Source: Anaerolineales bacterium
Lineage (GTDB): Bacteria > Chloroflexota > Anaerolineae > Anaerolineales > RBG-16-64-43
Assembly: GCA_016932475.1 (NCBI GenBank)
Contig: JAFGCU010000120.1
Span: 4,562-68,561 of the forward strand
Direction: 5' to 3'
Length of the DNA: 64,000 nucleotides
Of the stretch, positions 41,630-51,227 are shown piece by piece (the stretch's first letter is position 1; each line of letters begins with the position of its first letter). The notes beneath the pieces are model-generated. The model saw only the letters and a list, made by a program, of their open reading frames with translations. It was not told where the DNA came from and searched no databases. Both the position numbers and the translations under genes were made by a program.

Positions 41630-42988
41630 ATGCCCCCTATTCAAACGACGATTAAATGCCCATCCTGCGGAACCCCGCAACCTGCGCTCCTCGAGCAGGT
41701 GATCGACGTCGGGCGCGATCCCGGATCCAAAACGCGCCTGCTGCAGGGGCGGTTGAATTTCTTCCAGTGTCCCGGTTGCGGATTTCAGGGCATGCTGGCC
41801 TCGCCGCTCGTGTACCACGACCCGCTCAAGGAACTCCTCCTCACTTTTGTCCCGCCGGAACTGCGCCTCTCGCCGATCGAACAGGAAAAAATTCTCGGAG
41901 GGCTGACCCAGCAGGTGCTCAACGCCCTGCCGCCCGAACAGCGGAAAGGCTACCTCCTGCGGCCGCAAGCCGTCCTCACCGCCCAGGGGTTGATGGAACG
42001 CGTGCTCGAGGCGGACGGGATCACCAAGGAGATGCTTGAAGAGCAGCGCGCCAAGTCGAAGCTGGTCCGGGACCTGGTCGACGCCGAACCCGATGCGCGC
42101 CCGGCCCTCATCCAGGAACAGGACGGCCGGATCGATTCGGACGTGCTGGCGCTGATCGGCGCCATCGCCCGCTCGGCGGCGGGCAAGGAAGACAAGGCAT
42201 TCGCAGAGAAAGTCCTGAAAGCCCGGGATGACGTCTACCGGCTCTCAACCGCTGGGAAGCGGGCCCAAACCCAGAAGGAGGAGATGGATGCCGCCGCCCG
42301 CGATCTGGAAGTGCTGGGCAGGGAATTCAACCTGGATGCGCTCGTGAAGCTGGTCTCCTCAGCGCCTTCCCTGGACCGGGTCACCGCGCTGGCCGCGCTG
42401 GCCTGGCAGGTGATGGATTACGCGTTCTTCCAGCGCTTTACGGAGACGCTTGAAAAAACCGTCGGCTCCGAACGCGAACGGCTGACCGCCATCCGCGACC
42501 GCGCGCTCGAGGAAGTCCAGCGCGTGCAGCAGGCGATGCAATCCGAGATGAACCTCACCGCCGGGGTCCTGCAGAGCATCCTCCAGGCGCCGGACCTGGA
42601 CGCGGCGATCGAGGAACACCTTCCGGAATGCAGCGACCTGTTTTTCGCGGTGCTCGAGGCGAATCTCGAAAGCGCCCGCCGCAACAAACAGGAAAACGCC
42701 ATCCAGCGCCTGGAGGAAGTGAAGGCCAAGCTTCTCGCCGCGCTGGAAAACTCGCTCCCGCCGGAGCTGCGCTTCGTGCGCGACCTGCTCGGGGCGGAGA
42801 ACGACGAACAGGCGCAGAAGTTGCTGGCCGAACGGCCGGCGGAAGTCACCGACAACTTCGTCGCCGCCCTGCGGGCGACCGTCAAGGATCTGGAACCCAC
42901 GCCGCAGGAACCGCTCGCGGCGCGGATGAAGAGACTCCTCGATCTGGCGGAGAAGCAGCTCGCCATGGCGAAGTTCACCGGGAAATGA
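41630..42988 (+). CDS. CpXC-domain protein with a long helical C-terminal region
   Basis: N-terminal paired zinc-ribbon motifs (CPSCGTP...CPGCGFQG) with the spacing of the CpXC domain. The rest is helical and unassigned. Confidence 0.6.
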   Translation: MPPIQTTIKCPSCGTPQPALLEQVIDVGRDPGSKTRLLQGRLNFFQCPGCGFQGMLASPLVYHDPLKELLLTFVPPELRLSPIEQEKILGGLTQQVLNALPPEQRKGYLLRPQAVLTAQGLMERVLEADGITKEMLEEQRAKSKLVRDLVDAEPDARPALIQEQDGRIDSDVLALIGAIARSAAGKEDKAFAEKVLKARDDVYRLSTAGKRAQTQKEEMDAAARDLEVLGREFNLDALVKLVSSAPSLDRVTALAALAWQVMDYAFFQRFTETLEKTVGSERERLTAIRDRALEEVQRVQQAMQSEMNLTAGVLQSILQAPDLDAAIEEHLPECSDLFFAVLEANLESARRNKQENAIQRLEEVKAKLLAALENSLPPELRFVRDLLGAENDEQAQKLLAERPAEVTDNFVAALRATVKDLEPTPQEPLAARMKRLLDLAEKQLAMAKFTGK

Positions 42989-43097
42989 CGAGAACCTTTT
43001 CACCGCAATGCCGCGAAAAGCGCAAAGAGGAAAAATTTAATTAAGGATTTTCTTGGCGTCCTTGGCGCCTTTGCGGTAAGATTTTTATTACCTCGTT

Positions 43098-43134
43098 AAA
43101 TAAAACGCTCCTTCCACAGGAGCATTTTATTTGT
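43098..43134. terminator. Bidirectional terminator between convergent genes
   Basis: aaaacgctcc ttccaca ggagcatttt is flanked by A-run and T-run sequence. It lies between the CpXC gene (+) and the GH gene (-). Confidence 0.55.
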
Positions 43135-43163
43135 TCAGGAGCTATTGATGAAGCTCGGCGCTG

Positions 43164-44513
43164 TTATTTGGCCACGAACACCCACAACATCACCGAGAGC
43201 GGAGCCAGTTCCACCGGATCGCCGTTTTCAAACGCCGGCGGGGCGACCGGTTCCGCGTTGTGCGTTGCGTCGAACAGGTAGGTTTCCTCAAGCTTGTACG
43301 CGCCGCCCTTCTCCAGCTGCAAAACCATGGTCACCGCCGCGTCGCCGCGGTTGACGAAGACCGCGGTCAGCGCGCCGTCGTCGCGCTTGGCGGCAAACAG
43401 CGAAATCATCGGATCGTCGGCGTTGGCCGCCAGCAGATGGTTCCCGAAGCGCTTCCAAATCTGGAACACGTAATAGCTCGGACGCAGGTTATACGAGTCC
43501 ATCAGCGCGTGCCCGGCGCCCGAGGCCCCGGTCTTCAAAGTCCAGTAGGCAAGCAGCTCCGGGCGCTGGCGGATCATGCGCCCCATCACGTCCGCCGTCC
43601 AGAGCGCGCCCAGGAACGAATCCGGCGAGGTTTCCGCGCCCGAAACGTTGGACCAGTTCGAGTTCCATTCCATGACCCCGACCGGTTTTTCCTTCCCGGT
43701 TACTTCCTTAATTACCCTTCTTAGGTCGGGGATGATATTGTCCCATTCCGGCGTGTTGGCCAGCAGTTCGGTCTTGGTGGGCGTTCCGCAAGTCCGGCAG
43801 GAGGGGAACGGATAGCGGTGGACGGTGATGATGTCCACCAGGTCGGCGTTCAGCTTCAGGAACTCGCGCAGGTAATCCCGGCCGTTGGAATCTTTCGGAT
43901 CGACGGCCGGATCCCCGCTGAACTGGTGTGTGTCTGGGCCGTAGAGGATGATCGTCGGGTCGACCTTTTTCATCGCCTGGGCGAATTCCCGCCAGCGCTT
44001 GGGGTAGGCAACGGCGTCCAACGCCTGATCCCCCAGCGACGTATCCGCCTCATAAAGCGAGGACTCGTTGCCGATGCTCCAGTATTTCACACCATACTGC
44101 TTCTCGATGTTCACGTAGCGGACCCACTCGGCGGCCGCTTCCGGCGTGCTGCCCGGAAGCCGCAGGGTGAAGCTCGGCTCGGCACCGATCATCTTCGCCT
44201 GGGCGATGTAGTTGTCCACCTGGAGGGTGGTGATGTCGTTGCGGTCGCCCCAGTTCCCTCCCGGCCAGCGCAGGAAGGTAATCCCGGAGTTCTTGACCGG
44301 TTCGAGGTTGTTCACACCCAGGTCCGCCCACGGTCCGTGGTTGGTCCCCAGAACATATTTGCTGATCTCACCCAGATCCGAGGCGGTATCGATGAGGAAA
44401 ACGCCCGACGGATAATTTGTCGGGGTCGGCGTCGCGAATTCGGGCTGACAGGCCGACAAAAGAAATAGAACCACACAGAAGGACAGCGAATGAAGCCGGA
44501 TATTGGGGTTCAT
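43164..44513 (-). CDS. Secreted lipoprotein glycoside hydrolase, clan GH-A fold (family not assignable by eye)
   Basis: Lipobox LLSAC. LRWPGGNWGD, YWSIGNE (acid/base Glu) and VMEWNSNW (nucleophile Glu candidate) resemble GH44/GH51/GH30-type (beta/alpha)8 enzymes. Start at 44513. Confidence 0.6.
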   Translation of the reverse strand: MNPNIRLHSLSFCVVLFLLSACQPEFATPTPTNYPSGVFLIDTASDLGEISKYVLGTNHGPWADLGVNNLEPVKNSGITFLRWPGGNWGDRNDITTLQVDNYIAQAKMIGAEPSFTLRLPGSTPEAAAEWVRYVNIEKQYGVKYWSIGNESSLYEADTSLGDQALDAVAYPKRWREFAQAMKKVDPTIILYGPDTHQFSGDPAVDPKDSNGRDYLREFLKLNADLVDIITVHRYPFPSCRTCGTPTKTELLANTPEWDNIIPDLRRVIKEVTGKEKPVGVMEWNSNWSNVSGAETSPDSFLGALWTADVMGRMIRQRPELLAYWTLKTGASGAGHALMDSYNLRPSYYVFQIWKRFGNHLLAANADDPMISLFAAKRDDGALTAVFVNRGDAAVTMVLQLEKGGAYKLEETYLFDATHNAEPVAPPAFENGDPVELAPLSVMLWVFVAK

Positions 44514-44658
44514 TTTTCTCTCCAATAAGGAATGGCTCCGCAGGTATACGCGGATGGGCGCCGGCAAGAACGGGAAGCGATCCGGGCGGCCCGCGCGGCC
44601 GCCCGGATTTTCCGGAAAGCGAAGTCTCGCACCCGGCACAGCCCCGGCAAAGAGAGAT

Positions 44659-45972
44659 TTATTTTTCCACGCCGGTGATGACGATGCCCTGGACAAAGAA
44701 GCGCTGGGCGGCGATAAACAGGATCAGCGGCGGGACCAGGGAGACCAGCGCGCCGGCCTGGATCAGTTCCGGATGCTGGCCGAACATGCCGTTGAAGCGG
44801 GCCAGCGCCACCGAGACCGGCTGCATATCCATCTTGGTCGTGAGGTAGATCAACGGGCCGAAATAATCGTTCCAGGACCAGACGATGTGGAAGACGGTCA
44901 CCGCCACGATCACCGGGTAGGATTGCGGGATGATCACCGACCACAGGACCCGCAGCGGAGTCGCGCCGTCGATCATCGCGCTCTCATCCAACTCGCGCGG
45001 CAGGGTCATGAAAAATTGCCGCAGGAGGAAGGTATCGTAAGGGTTGGCGAAGAACGCCGGGACGATCAGCGGCAGCCAGGTTCCCACCCAGCCGATCTGG
45101 CTGAAGAACAGGAACTGCGGGATGATGGTGACGGTCCCGGGCAGGAACATAACCGAGATCAGGATCATGAACAGCAGGTCCCGGAAGGGAAAGCGGAACC
45201 GGGAAAATCCATACGCCACCAGGACGCATGAGATCAGCACCCCGATGGTCGTGGTGAGCGTATAGTAGAAGGTATTCCACAATACCTGGGGGTAGTTGAT
45301 GTCGTTCCACATGCGGATGAAATTGTCCCAGGCCGGAGTAAACACCCACGGGCGCTGCAGGCCTTTATACGAACCGCCGTTCCACGCGATCGGACCCGCG
45401 GCGATGTTTTCCGGGTCGATGAAGACGGCCCCCTTCTGGTACCCCTTCAGCATCGCCAGGTTTTTCTCCACACCGTCGATCGGAACCGTGATGACGTCCA
45501 GGGTTTTGCCCACATAATCGCCCAGATGGATCGTCTCTTCGACGGGTTCCGCCAGCGCCTTGGCGACCATCAGGGTATACGTGCCCGTGTTGCCGCCCTC
45601 ATAGACCCAGGTCGGGGGCATTACTGGCCAGATCGGCGCATTGGCGAAGGCAAATTGCTCCTGCGTTTTCAACGACGTCATAATCATGTACAAAAATGGA
45701 ATCAGGAACACGATCAGCAGGAGCGTGGTGAAGGCGGTGATCAGGATCGAGGGAACGGCTTTGAGGAAGCGCGACGGGCGGTACACGGTCGGGATCGGGA
45801 GCGCAGCCTCCGCCGCGGCCGCGCCGGTTGGCGTCCGGATCCGCGCGGGAGCCGCCCGCGCCGGAACGGACCGGCGGGCGCTGTGCGCCACGGGCTTGTT
45901 CTTGTTTCCCCGGGCCGCCACCTTCCTCCGGATAGCCCCTTTGGTTGTGGACTTTTGCGTTTTGGAAGGCAT
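44659..45972 (-). CDS. Carbohydrate ABC transporter permease, MalG-type paralog 3, with a ~60-aa basic N-terminal tail
   Basis: The C-terminal two thirds are almost identical to the two upstream paralogs (…LPRELDESAMIDGA…AAQRFFVQGIVITGVEK). The tail is MPSKTQKSTTKGAIRRKVAARGNKNKPVAHSARRSVPARAAPARIR. Confidence 0.85.
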   Translation of the reverse strand: MPSKTQKSTTKGAIRRKVAARGNKNKPVAHSARRSVPARAAPARIRTPTGAAAAEAALPIPTVYRPSRFLKAVPSILITAFTTLLLIVFLIPFLYMIMTSLKTQEQFAFANAPIWPVMPPTWVYEGGNTGTYTLMVAKALAEPVEETIHLGDYVGKTLDVITVPIDGVEKNLAMLKGYQKGAVFIDPENIAAGPIAWNGGSYKGLQRPWVFTPAWDNFIRMWNDINYPQVLWNTFYYTLTTTIGVLISCVLVAYGFSRFRFPFRDLLFMILISVMFLPGTVTIIPQFLFFSQIGWVGTWLPLIVPAFFANPYDTFLLRQFFMTLPRELDESAMIDGATPLRVLWSVIIPQSYPVIVAVTVFHIVWSWNDYFGPLIYLTTKMDMQPVSVALARFNGMFGQHPELIQAGALVSLVPPLILFIAAQRFFVQGIVITGVEK

Positions 45973-46165
45973 GTGTGTCGATATCCTTTCTGCGGTCCGG
46001 CATCCATGCGAACCGCAAGCAACGCCGAGCGATCTCACCCGGATTTTATCGCCGTTCCTTCCGCGTCCGGGGGTGGAACAAACTCAGCCTGACAAAATGT
46101 CAGGCTGAGAGGAAAAGCATATGGTGTTTCCACGGGGGCCTCGCAACAATCCTTCATGGCCGAGG

Positions 46166-47305
46166 CTACTTCTCCACGCCGGTGATGACGATGCCCTGGA
46201 CAAAGAAGCGCTGGGCGGCGATGAACAGGATCAGCGGCGGGATGAGGGTCACCAGCGCGCCGGCTTGGATCAGTTCCTGGCGTTGCACATACATCCCGTT
46301 GAAGCGCGCCAGGGCCACCGAAATCGGCTGAAGGTCCACCTTGGTCGACAGGTAGATCAGCGGGTTGAAGTAGTCGTTCCAGGCCCAGACGATGTGGAAG
46401 ACGGTCACCGCCACCATGACCGGGTAGGATTGCGGGATGATGATCGACCAAAGAATCTGGAACGGGTTGGCGCCGTCGATCATCGCGCTCTCATCCAACT
46501 CTCGCGGCAGGGTCATGAAGAACTGCCGCAGCAGGAACGTGTCGTAGGGATTGGTGAAGAACGCCGGGACGATCAGCGGCAGCCAAGTCCCCACCCAGCC
46601 GATCTGGGTGAAGAACAGGAAGGTCGGGATGACGGTTACCGTCTGGGGCAGGAACATGACCGAGATCAGGATCATGAACAAAAGGTCCCGGAAGGGGAAG
46701 CGGAAACGGGAGAAACCGTACGCCACCATCACGCACGAGATCAGCACCCCGATGGTCGTGGTGAACGCGTAAAAGAACGTGTTCCACAGCACCTGCGGGT
46801 AATCGAGCGCGTTCCACATCTCGGCGTAGTTTTCCCAGGCCGGGGAGAAGACCCATGGCCGCTGCAGGCCCTTGTACGATCCGCCGTTCCAGACGATCGG
46901 TTCCGCGTTGGGATTGGCGACGTCGAGGAAAATACTTCCCTTTTGGAAGCCTTTGATTAACCCCGCGCTCTTTTCCGACCCGTCCGGCATCGGCACGCTG
47001 TAGACTTCGAGGGTCTTCCCGGCGATGGCCTGGTAATCGATGGTTTCCTCCACCATGGTTCCCACTTTATTCACTTGAACCGTGTGGGAACCCCGGAGTT
47101 CCGCCGGAACGACGAACGTGGGGGGAGCCACCGGCCAGATCGGAGCGTTCGGCAGGGTGAATTGGGCCTGCGTCTTGAGGGACGTCATGATCATGTATCC
47201 AAACGGTATCAGGAACAGGATAAGGAGAATCGTCGTAAACCCGGTCACCGTGATGGACGGCAGGGCTCTTTTAATTCTCGGCGTTCGATAGACTGTCGTC
47301 TCCAT
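46166..47305 (-). CDS. Carbohydrate ABC transporter permease, MalG-type paralog 2
   Basis: Has the EAA-loop region LPRELDESAMIDGANPFQILW and 6 TM segments. GGGAGAAA precedes the ATG at 47305. Confidence 0.85.
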   Translation of the reverse strand: METTVYRTPRIKRALPSITVTGFTTILLILFLIPFGYMIMTSLKTQAQFTLPNAPIWPVAPPTFVVPAELRGSHTVQVNKVGTMVEETIDYQAIAGKTLEVYSVPMPDGSEKSAGLIKGFQKGSIFLDVANPNAEPIVWNGGSYKGLQRPWVFSPAWENYAEMWNALDYPQVLWNTFFYAFTTTIGVLISCVMVAYGFSRFRFPFRDLLFMILISVMFLPQTVTVIPTFLFFTQIGWVGTWLPLIVPAFFTNPYDTFLLRQFFMTLPRELDESAMIDGANPFQILWSIIIPQSYPVMVAVTVFHIVWAWNDYFNPLIYLSTKVDLQPISVALARFNGMYVQRQELIQAGALVTLIPPLILFIAAQRFFVQGIVITGVEK

Positions 47306-47458
47306 TACTATTTCTCCCAATGCTTCATTTAATTTGCCGGGTTCTAAAAAAACCTTCGCGGTTTTCCCCGGCCCGATCCGTATTCCCCGCCCGACTTCCG
47401 CGGGCCGCGGACACGGCGCAAGACCCGTGCGATCTTTCCGGACCGTTACCCGCGCAGG

Positions 47459-48595
47459 CTACTTTTCCACTCCGGTGATGACGATGCCCTGAACGAAGAA
47501 CCGCTGGGCGGCGACGAACAGGATCAGCGGCGGGATAAGAGTCACCAGCGCGCCGGCCTGGATCAGCTCCGGCCGCTGGCCAAACATGCCGTTGAAGCGG
47601 GCCAGCGCCACCGAGACCGGCTGCATGTCCATCTTGGTCGAGAGGTAGATCAGCGGCGTGAAGTAGTCGTTCCAGGCCCAGACAATATGGAAGACCGTCA
47701 CCGCCACGATCACCGGGTAGGATTGCGGGATGATGATCGACCACAGCACCCGCATCGGGCTGGCGCCGTCGATCATCGCGCTCTCGTCCAGCTCGCGCGG
47801 CAGGGTCATGAAGAACTGCCGCAGCAGGAAGGTGTCGTATGGGTTGGCAAAGAACGAAGGGACGATCATCGGCAGCCAGGTGCCCACCCAGCCGATCTGG
47901 GTGAAGAACAGGAACGTCGGGATGATGGTGACGGTCCCGGGCAGGAACATAATCGAGATCAGCAGCATGAACAGCAGGTCGCGGAACGGGAAGCGGAAGC
48001 GGGAGAAACCGTACGCCACCAGGATGCACGAAACCAGCACGCCGACGGTCGTGGTGAACGCATAAAAGAACGTATTCCACAGCACCTGCGGGTAGTCGAT
48101 CGCGTTCCACATCTCGGCGAAGTTGCCCCAGGCCGGCGAGAAGACCCACGGCCGTTGCAGCGACCGGTAGGACCCCCCGTTCCATACGATCGCGCCGGCC
48201 CCGGGGTTGTCCGGATCGATGAAGATGCTTCCCTTCTGAAACCCCTTGACGAGCGCCAGATCCTGCTCCGATCCATCTTCCATGGGGACGGTATAGACAT
48301 CCAGGGACTGCCCGGCAAATGCCGTCAGATCGATGGTCTCATCCACAAAGGCGCCGACCTTGTTGACGCTGACGGTAAACATGCCCGAAAGGGAATCCGG
48401 CGCCATGTACTTGGGCGGGGCCACCGGCCAGATCGGCGCATTCTGCAGGGCGAACTGAGCCTGCGTTTTCAGCGACGTAAGGATCATGTACAGGAACGGG
48501 ACCAGAAACAGGATCAGCAGAAGCGTGACAAAGGCGGTTACCAGTATCGACGGCAAAGCCTTCGCGATCCTGGAAGGGCGGTAGGCAGTCTCCAT
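47459..48595 (-). CDS. Carbohydrate ABC transporter permease, MalG-type paralog 1
   Basis: Same family. It starts 24 nt after the MalF-type permease stop. Confidence 0.85.
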   Translation of the reverse strand: METAYRPSRIAKALPSILVTAFVTLLLILFLVPFLYMILTSLKTQAQFALQNAPIWPVAPPKYMAPDSLSGMFTVSVNKVGAFVDETIDLTAFAGQSLDVYTVPMEDGSEQDLALVKGFQKGSIFIDPDNPGAGAIVWNGGSYRSLQRPWVFSPAWGNFAEMWNAIDYPQVLWNTFFYAFTTTVGVLVSCILVAYGFSRFRFPFRDLLFMLLISIMFLPGTVTIIPTFLFFTQIGWVGTWLPMIVPSFFANPYDTFLLRQFFMTLPRELDESAMIDGASPMRVLWSIIIPQSYPVIVAVTVFHIVWAWNDYFTPLIYLSTKMDMQPVSVALARFNGMFGQRPELIQAGALVTLIPPLILFVAAQRFFVQGIVITGVEK

Positions 48596-48619
48596 CGTTG
48601 CACCAATCCGGGATCCGGG

Positions 48620-49612
48620 TTATTTATCCGACGCGTAATACACCCATTTGCGGGCGGTGGCGAACAGGAAGAATGTGACGATCAGGATGATCAGGAAGAG
48701 CACCCAGGCCAGGGTCGCCCCGTACGACATGTTGTGGTAGAAGAAGAACGTCCGATAAAGCAGCAGGTTATAGAACATCGTCGCGCCGCCCGGAAACCCG
48801 GTGCCCTGGTTAACCACCAGCGGAACCAGGAAGTATTGAAACAGGCCGACGACGCTGAGGATCAGGTTGTAGAACACAACCGGTGAAATCATCGGGAAGG
48901 TTACGTTCCAGAACGTGGACCACATGCCGGCGCCGTCGACTTTCGAGGCGTCGTAGAGCTCGGTCGGGACGGATTGCAGGCCGGCCAGCTGGGTCAGCAT
49001 GGCGTTGCCGATTCCCCAGATGCCCATGATGATGAAGGTTGGATACACCCAGTTGACGTCGTTAACCCACAGCGGCACAGCGGATTTCGGCATGCCCAGC
49101 CACATCAGGAACTTGTTGACCCAGCCGTTTTCCGGGTTCAGCACGCCGCCCCACAGGATGACGCTGGCGACGAACGGGATGATGTAGGGCATGTAGAACG
49201 CCGAGCGGAAGAAGTTCTGGCCTTTGAGGTTCTTGTTGTTCATCAGCAGCGCGATGAAGAGCGGGAGGAAGATCGCCACCGGGAGGGACAGCAGACCAAA
49301 CCGAAGGGTCACCTGCATGGCTCCCGGAGTTTCACTGCCCGATTTGCCCCAAACCGTGCCGTCTTTGAGCAGGGTGGCGTAGTTGTCGAACCCGACCCAT
49401 TTCGGAGCGGCGAGGATCTGGTCTTCGATCTTGAGATCCATGAACGTGAACAGGAAGGTCGCGATCATGGGGATGAGCGTGAAGAGCAGAAAACCGATAA
49501 TCCACGGCGAGATGAACAGCATCCCGTTGCGGAATTCCCGCCTGGCCAGCGGGGGCATATTCCGCAGGGTGTCGGCCGAAGGCAGTTGGGGTAAGCGAGT
49601 CAGTTGCTCCAT
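48620..49612 (-). CDS. Carbohydrate ABC transporter permease, MalF-type
   Basis: 330 aa with 6 TM segments and the EAA-like region ASKVDGAGMWSTFWNVTFPM. Confidence 0.85.
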   Translation of the reverse strand: MEQLTRLPQLPSADTLRNMPPLARREFRNGMLFISPWIIGFLLFTLIPMIATFLFTFMDLKIEDQILAAPKWVGFDNYATLLKDGTVWGKSGSETPGAMQVTLRFGLLSLPVAIFLPLFIALLMNNKNLKGQNFFRSAFYMPYIIPFVASVILWGGVLNPENGWVNKFLMWLGMPKSAVPLWVNDVNWVYPTFIIMGIWGIGNAMLTQLAGLQSVPTELYDASKVDGAGMWSTFWNVTFPMISPVVFYNLILSVVGLFQYFLVPLVVNQGTGFPGGATMFYNLLLYRTFFFYHNMSYGATLAWVLFLIILIVTFFLFATARKWVYYASDK

Positions 49613-49682
49613 TATGACGCTCCGTTGTAAGTTATCGGGCGGGCGATTTTCATCGCCCGCCCGATAGTATCTCAGGAACTAA

Positions 49683-51116
49683 TTACTTGGCGAAGATCGT
49701 GTTGAGATCGGCCAGGTACGTGGCAATTTCCTTGTCCAGGTCGAGCCCAGGGGTGTTCCGCAGCAGATTGGCGAACGTATTGCCGCGGGTCCAGGCCTCG
49801 TTGTAGTTCGGCATGTAGCCTTCCGCGCTCGGGGCGTCCGGGTAGGACAGGCCGGCGATGACGGTGTCGAGGTTCTTAACCCACGGGAACGCAACTGCCT
49901 TCTGCTCGCGCCAGGCTTCCTGCGCGGAGATCAGCGCGGGAATCGCGCCGTACGCAGCCGCCATATCCTCGGAGCCGACGATGAGGATCTGAACCGCGTC
50001 GGTGACGAGGTACTTCAGGACTTCGAAGGCCTGTTCCGGAACCTTGGTGCCCTTCCAAATGCGGAAGGTGTCGGCATCCACGCGGCCGGCGACGGTGCCA
50101 TTGTAGGACGGCAGAATTCCGGCGTCCCAGGTATTGACATCGCCTATGCAGCAGGTGTACCAGAACGGCTGGTCGGTCATGGCTACTTTATTGCTGTTGA
50201 AGGGGTTGCCACCGGCGTAGTCCTGGCTGCCTTCAACCGCGGCATTGGCCATGAAGGGCTGATCGCCCCAGATCGCATCGTAGGTCCACTTCCAAGCGTC
50301 GACCCACGCATCGGGAGCCTGGGCGGTCTTGCCATCGGCCGCAACCATCGAGCCGCTGGCGAAGTAGGAGCCCCAGTAGTTCGGGTGATTGTTGTACTGC
50401 CAAGTGAAACCGTATTGCTTGACGTCGTCCTTGTTGAAGCCTTCTTCCGTCGAGTTCAAACCCGCTCCGTCGATGGTGAGCAGTTTCGAAACGGCGGTCA
50501 GGGTATCCCACGACCAGTCCACTTCGCTGCCGTCCGGCATCGTGTACTTTTCGCCGTAGTTGGCGGGCGGGTACGCAAGACCGGCTTCGTCGAAGAGCTT
50601 GGTGTTATAGAAAACGACCGCCGGATAAACCGCGAACGGAAGGCCGACCTGCCCTTCCGAGGTCTCGTATGCGGAGACCAGGGCCGGGTTGAAGATCGAG
50701 CTGTCGAAGCCGCTCGAGGTCATGTAGCTGGAGATGTCCAGCCACTGCCCGTAGAAGGCGTTCGAGCCGCCCCAGCCTACCGGTCCGATGATGTCGGGGC
50801 CGTTGCCGGAAGCGATCTGGGTCGAGAGAACGTCCTTGGCGCTGTCGAAGGGGACGATTTCCAGGATCAGGTTGATGTCATCCTGCATCGCGTTGAACTT
50901 GTTCACAACTTCGAGTTCAGCGCGAACCTGAACCGGATCGGTTCCGGTCCCCATGCCCACGAACCAGCGGACATCCACGGCGCCCGGCTTGGCGGGAACC
51001 GCGGTATCGGCCGGCTTGACGGTCGGTTGATCGGCCGCCGGGGTGGCAGTGCCGCACGCCACGAGCAACATGCTGAGAACGGTCAGCGCCGTCAAAACAA
51101 CAAAAATTTTACGCAT
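49683..51116 (-). CDS. ABC transporter extracellular solute-binding lipoprotein (sugar family)
   Basis: Signal peptide plus lipobox (LLVACG). 477 aa. AAGGAGA precedes the ATG. First gene of the transporter operon. Confidence 0.85.
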   Translation of the reverse strand: MRKIFVVLTALTVLSMLLVACGTATPAADQPTVKPADTAVPAKPGAVDVRWFVGMGTGTDPVQVRAELEVVNKFNAMQDDINLILEIVPFDSAKDVLSTQIASGNGPDIIGPVGWGGSNAFYGQWLDISSYMTSSGFDSSIFNPALVSAYETSEGQVGLPFAVYPAVVFYNTKLFDEAGLAYPPANYGEKYTMPDGSEVDWSWDTLTAVSKLLTIDGAGLNSTEEGFNKDDVKQYGFTWQYNNHPNYWGSYFASGSMVAADGKTAQAPDAWVDAWKWTYDAIWGDQPFMANAAVEGSQDYAGGNPFNSNKVAMTDQPFWYTCCIGDVNTWDAGILPSYNGTVAGRVDADTFRIWKGTKVPEQAFEVLKYLVTDAVQILIVGSEDMAAAYGAIPALISAQEAWREQKAVAFPWVKNLDTVIAGLSYPDAPSAEGYMPNYNEAWTRGNTFANLLRNTPGLDLDKEIATYLADLNTIFAK

Positions 51117-51227
51117 TTCCTATCTCCTTTTCTCCTCGAACAAGAATTCAGAACAGTCGATTAACGTACCGTATCGTGCGAAAACCAATTTCCGCGCTTT
51201 ATCTTCTGGTACCACCTCCTTTCGCAT

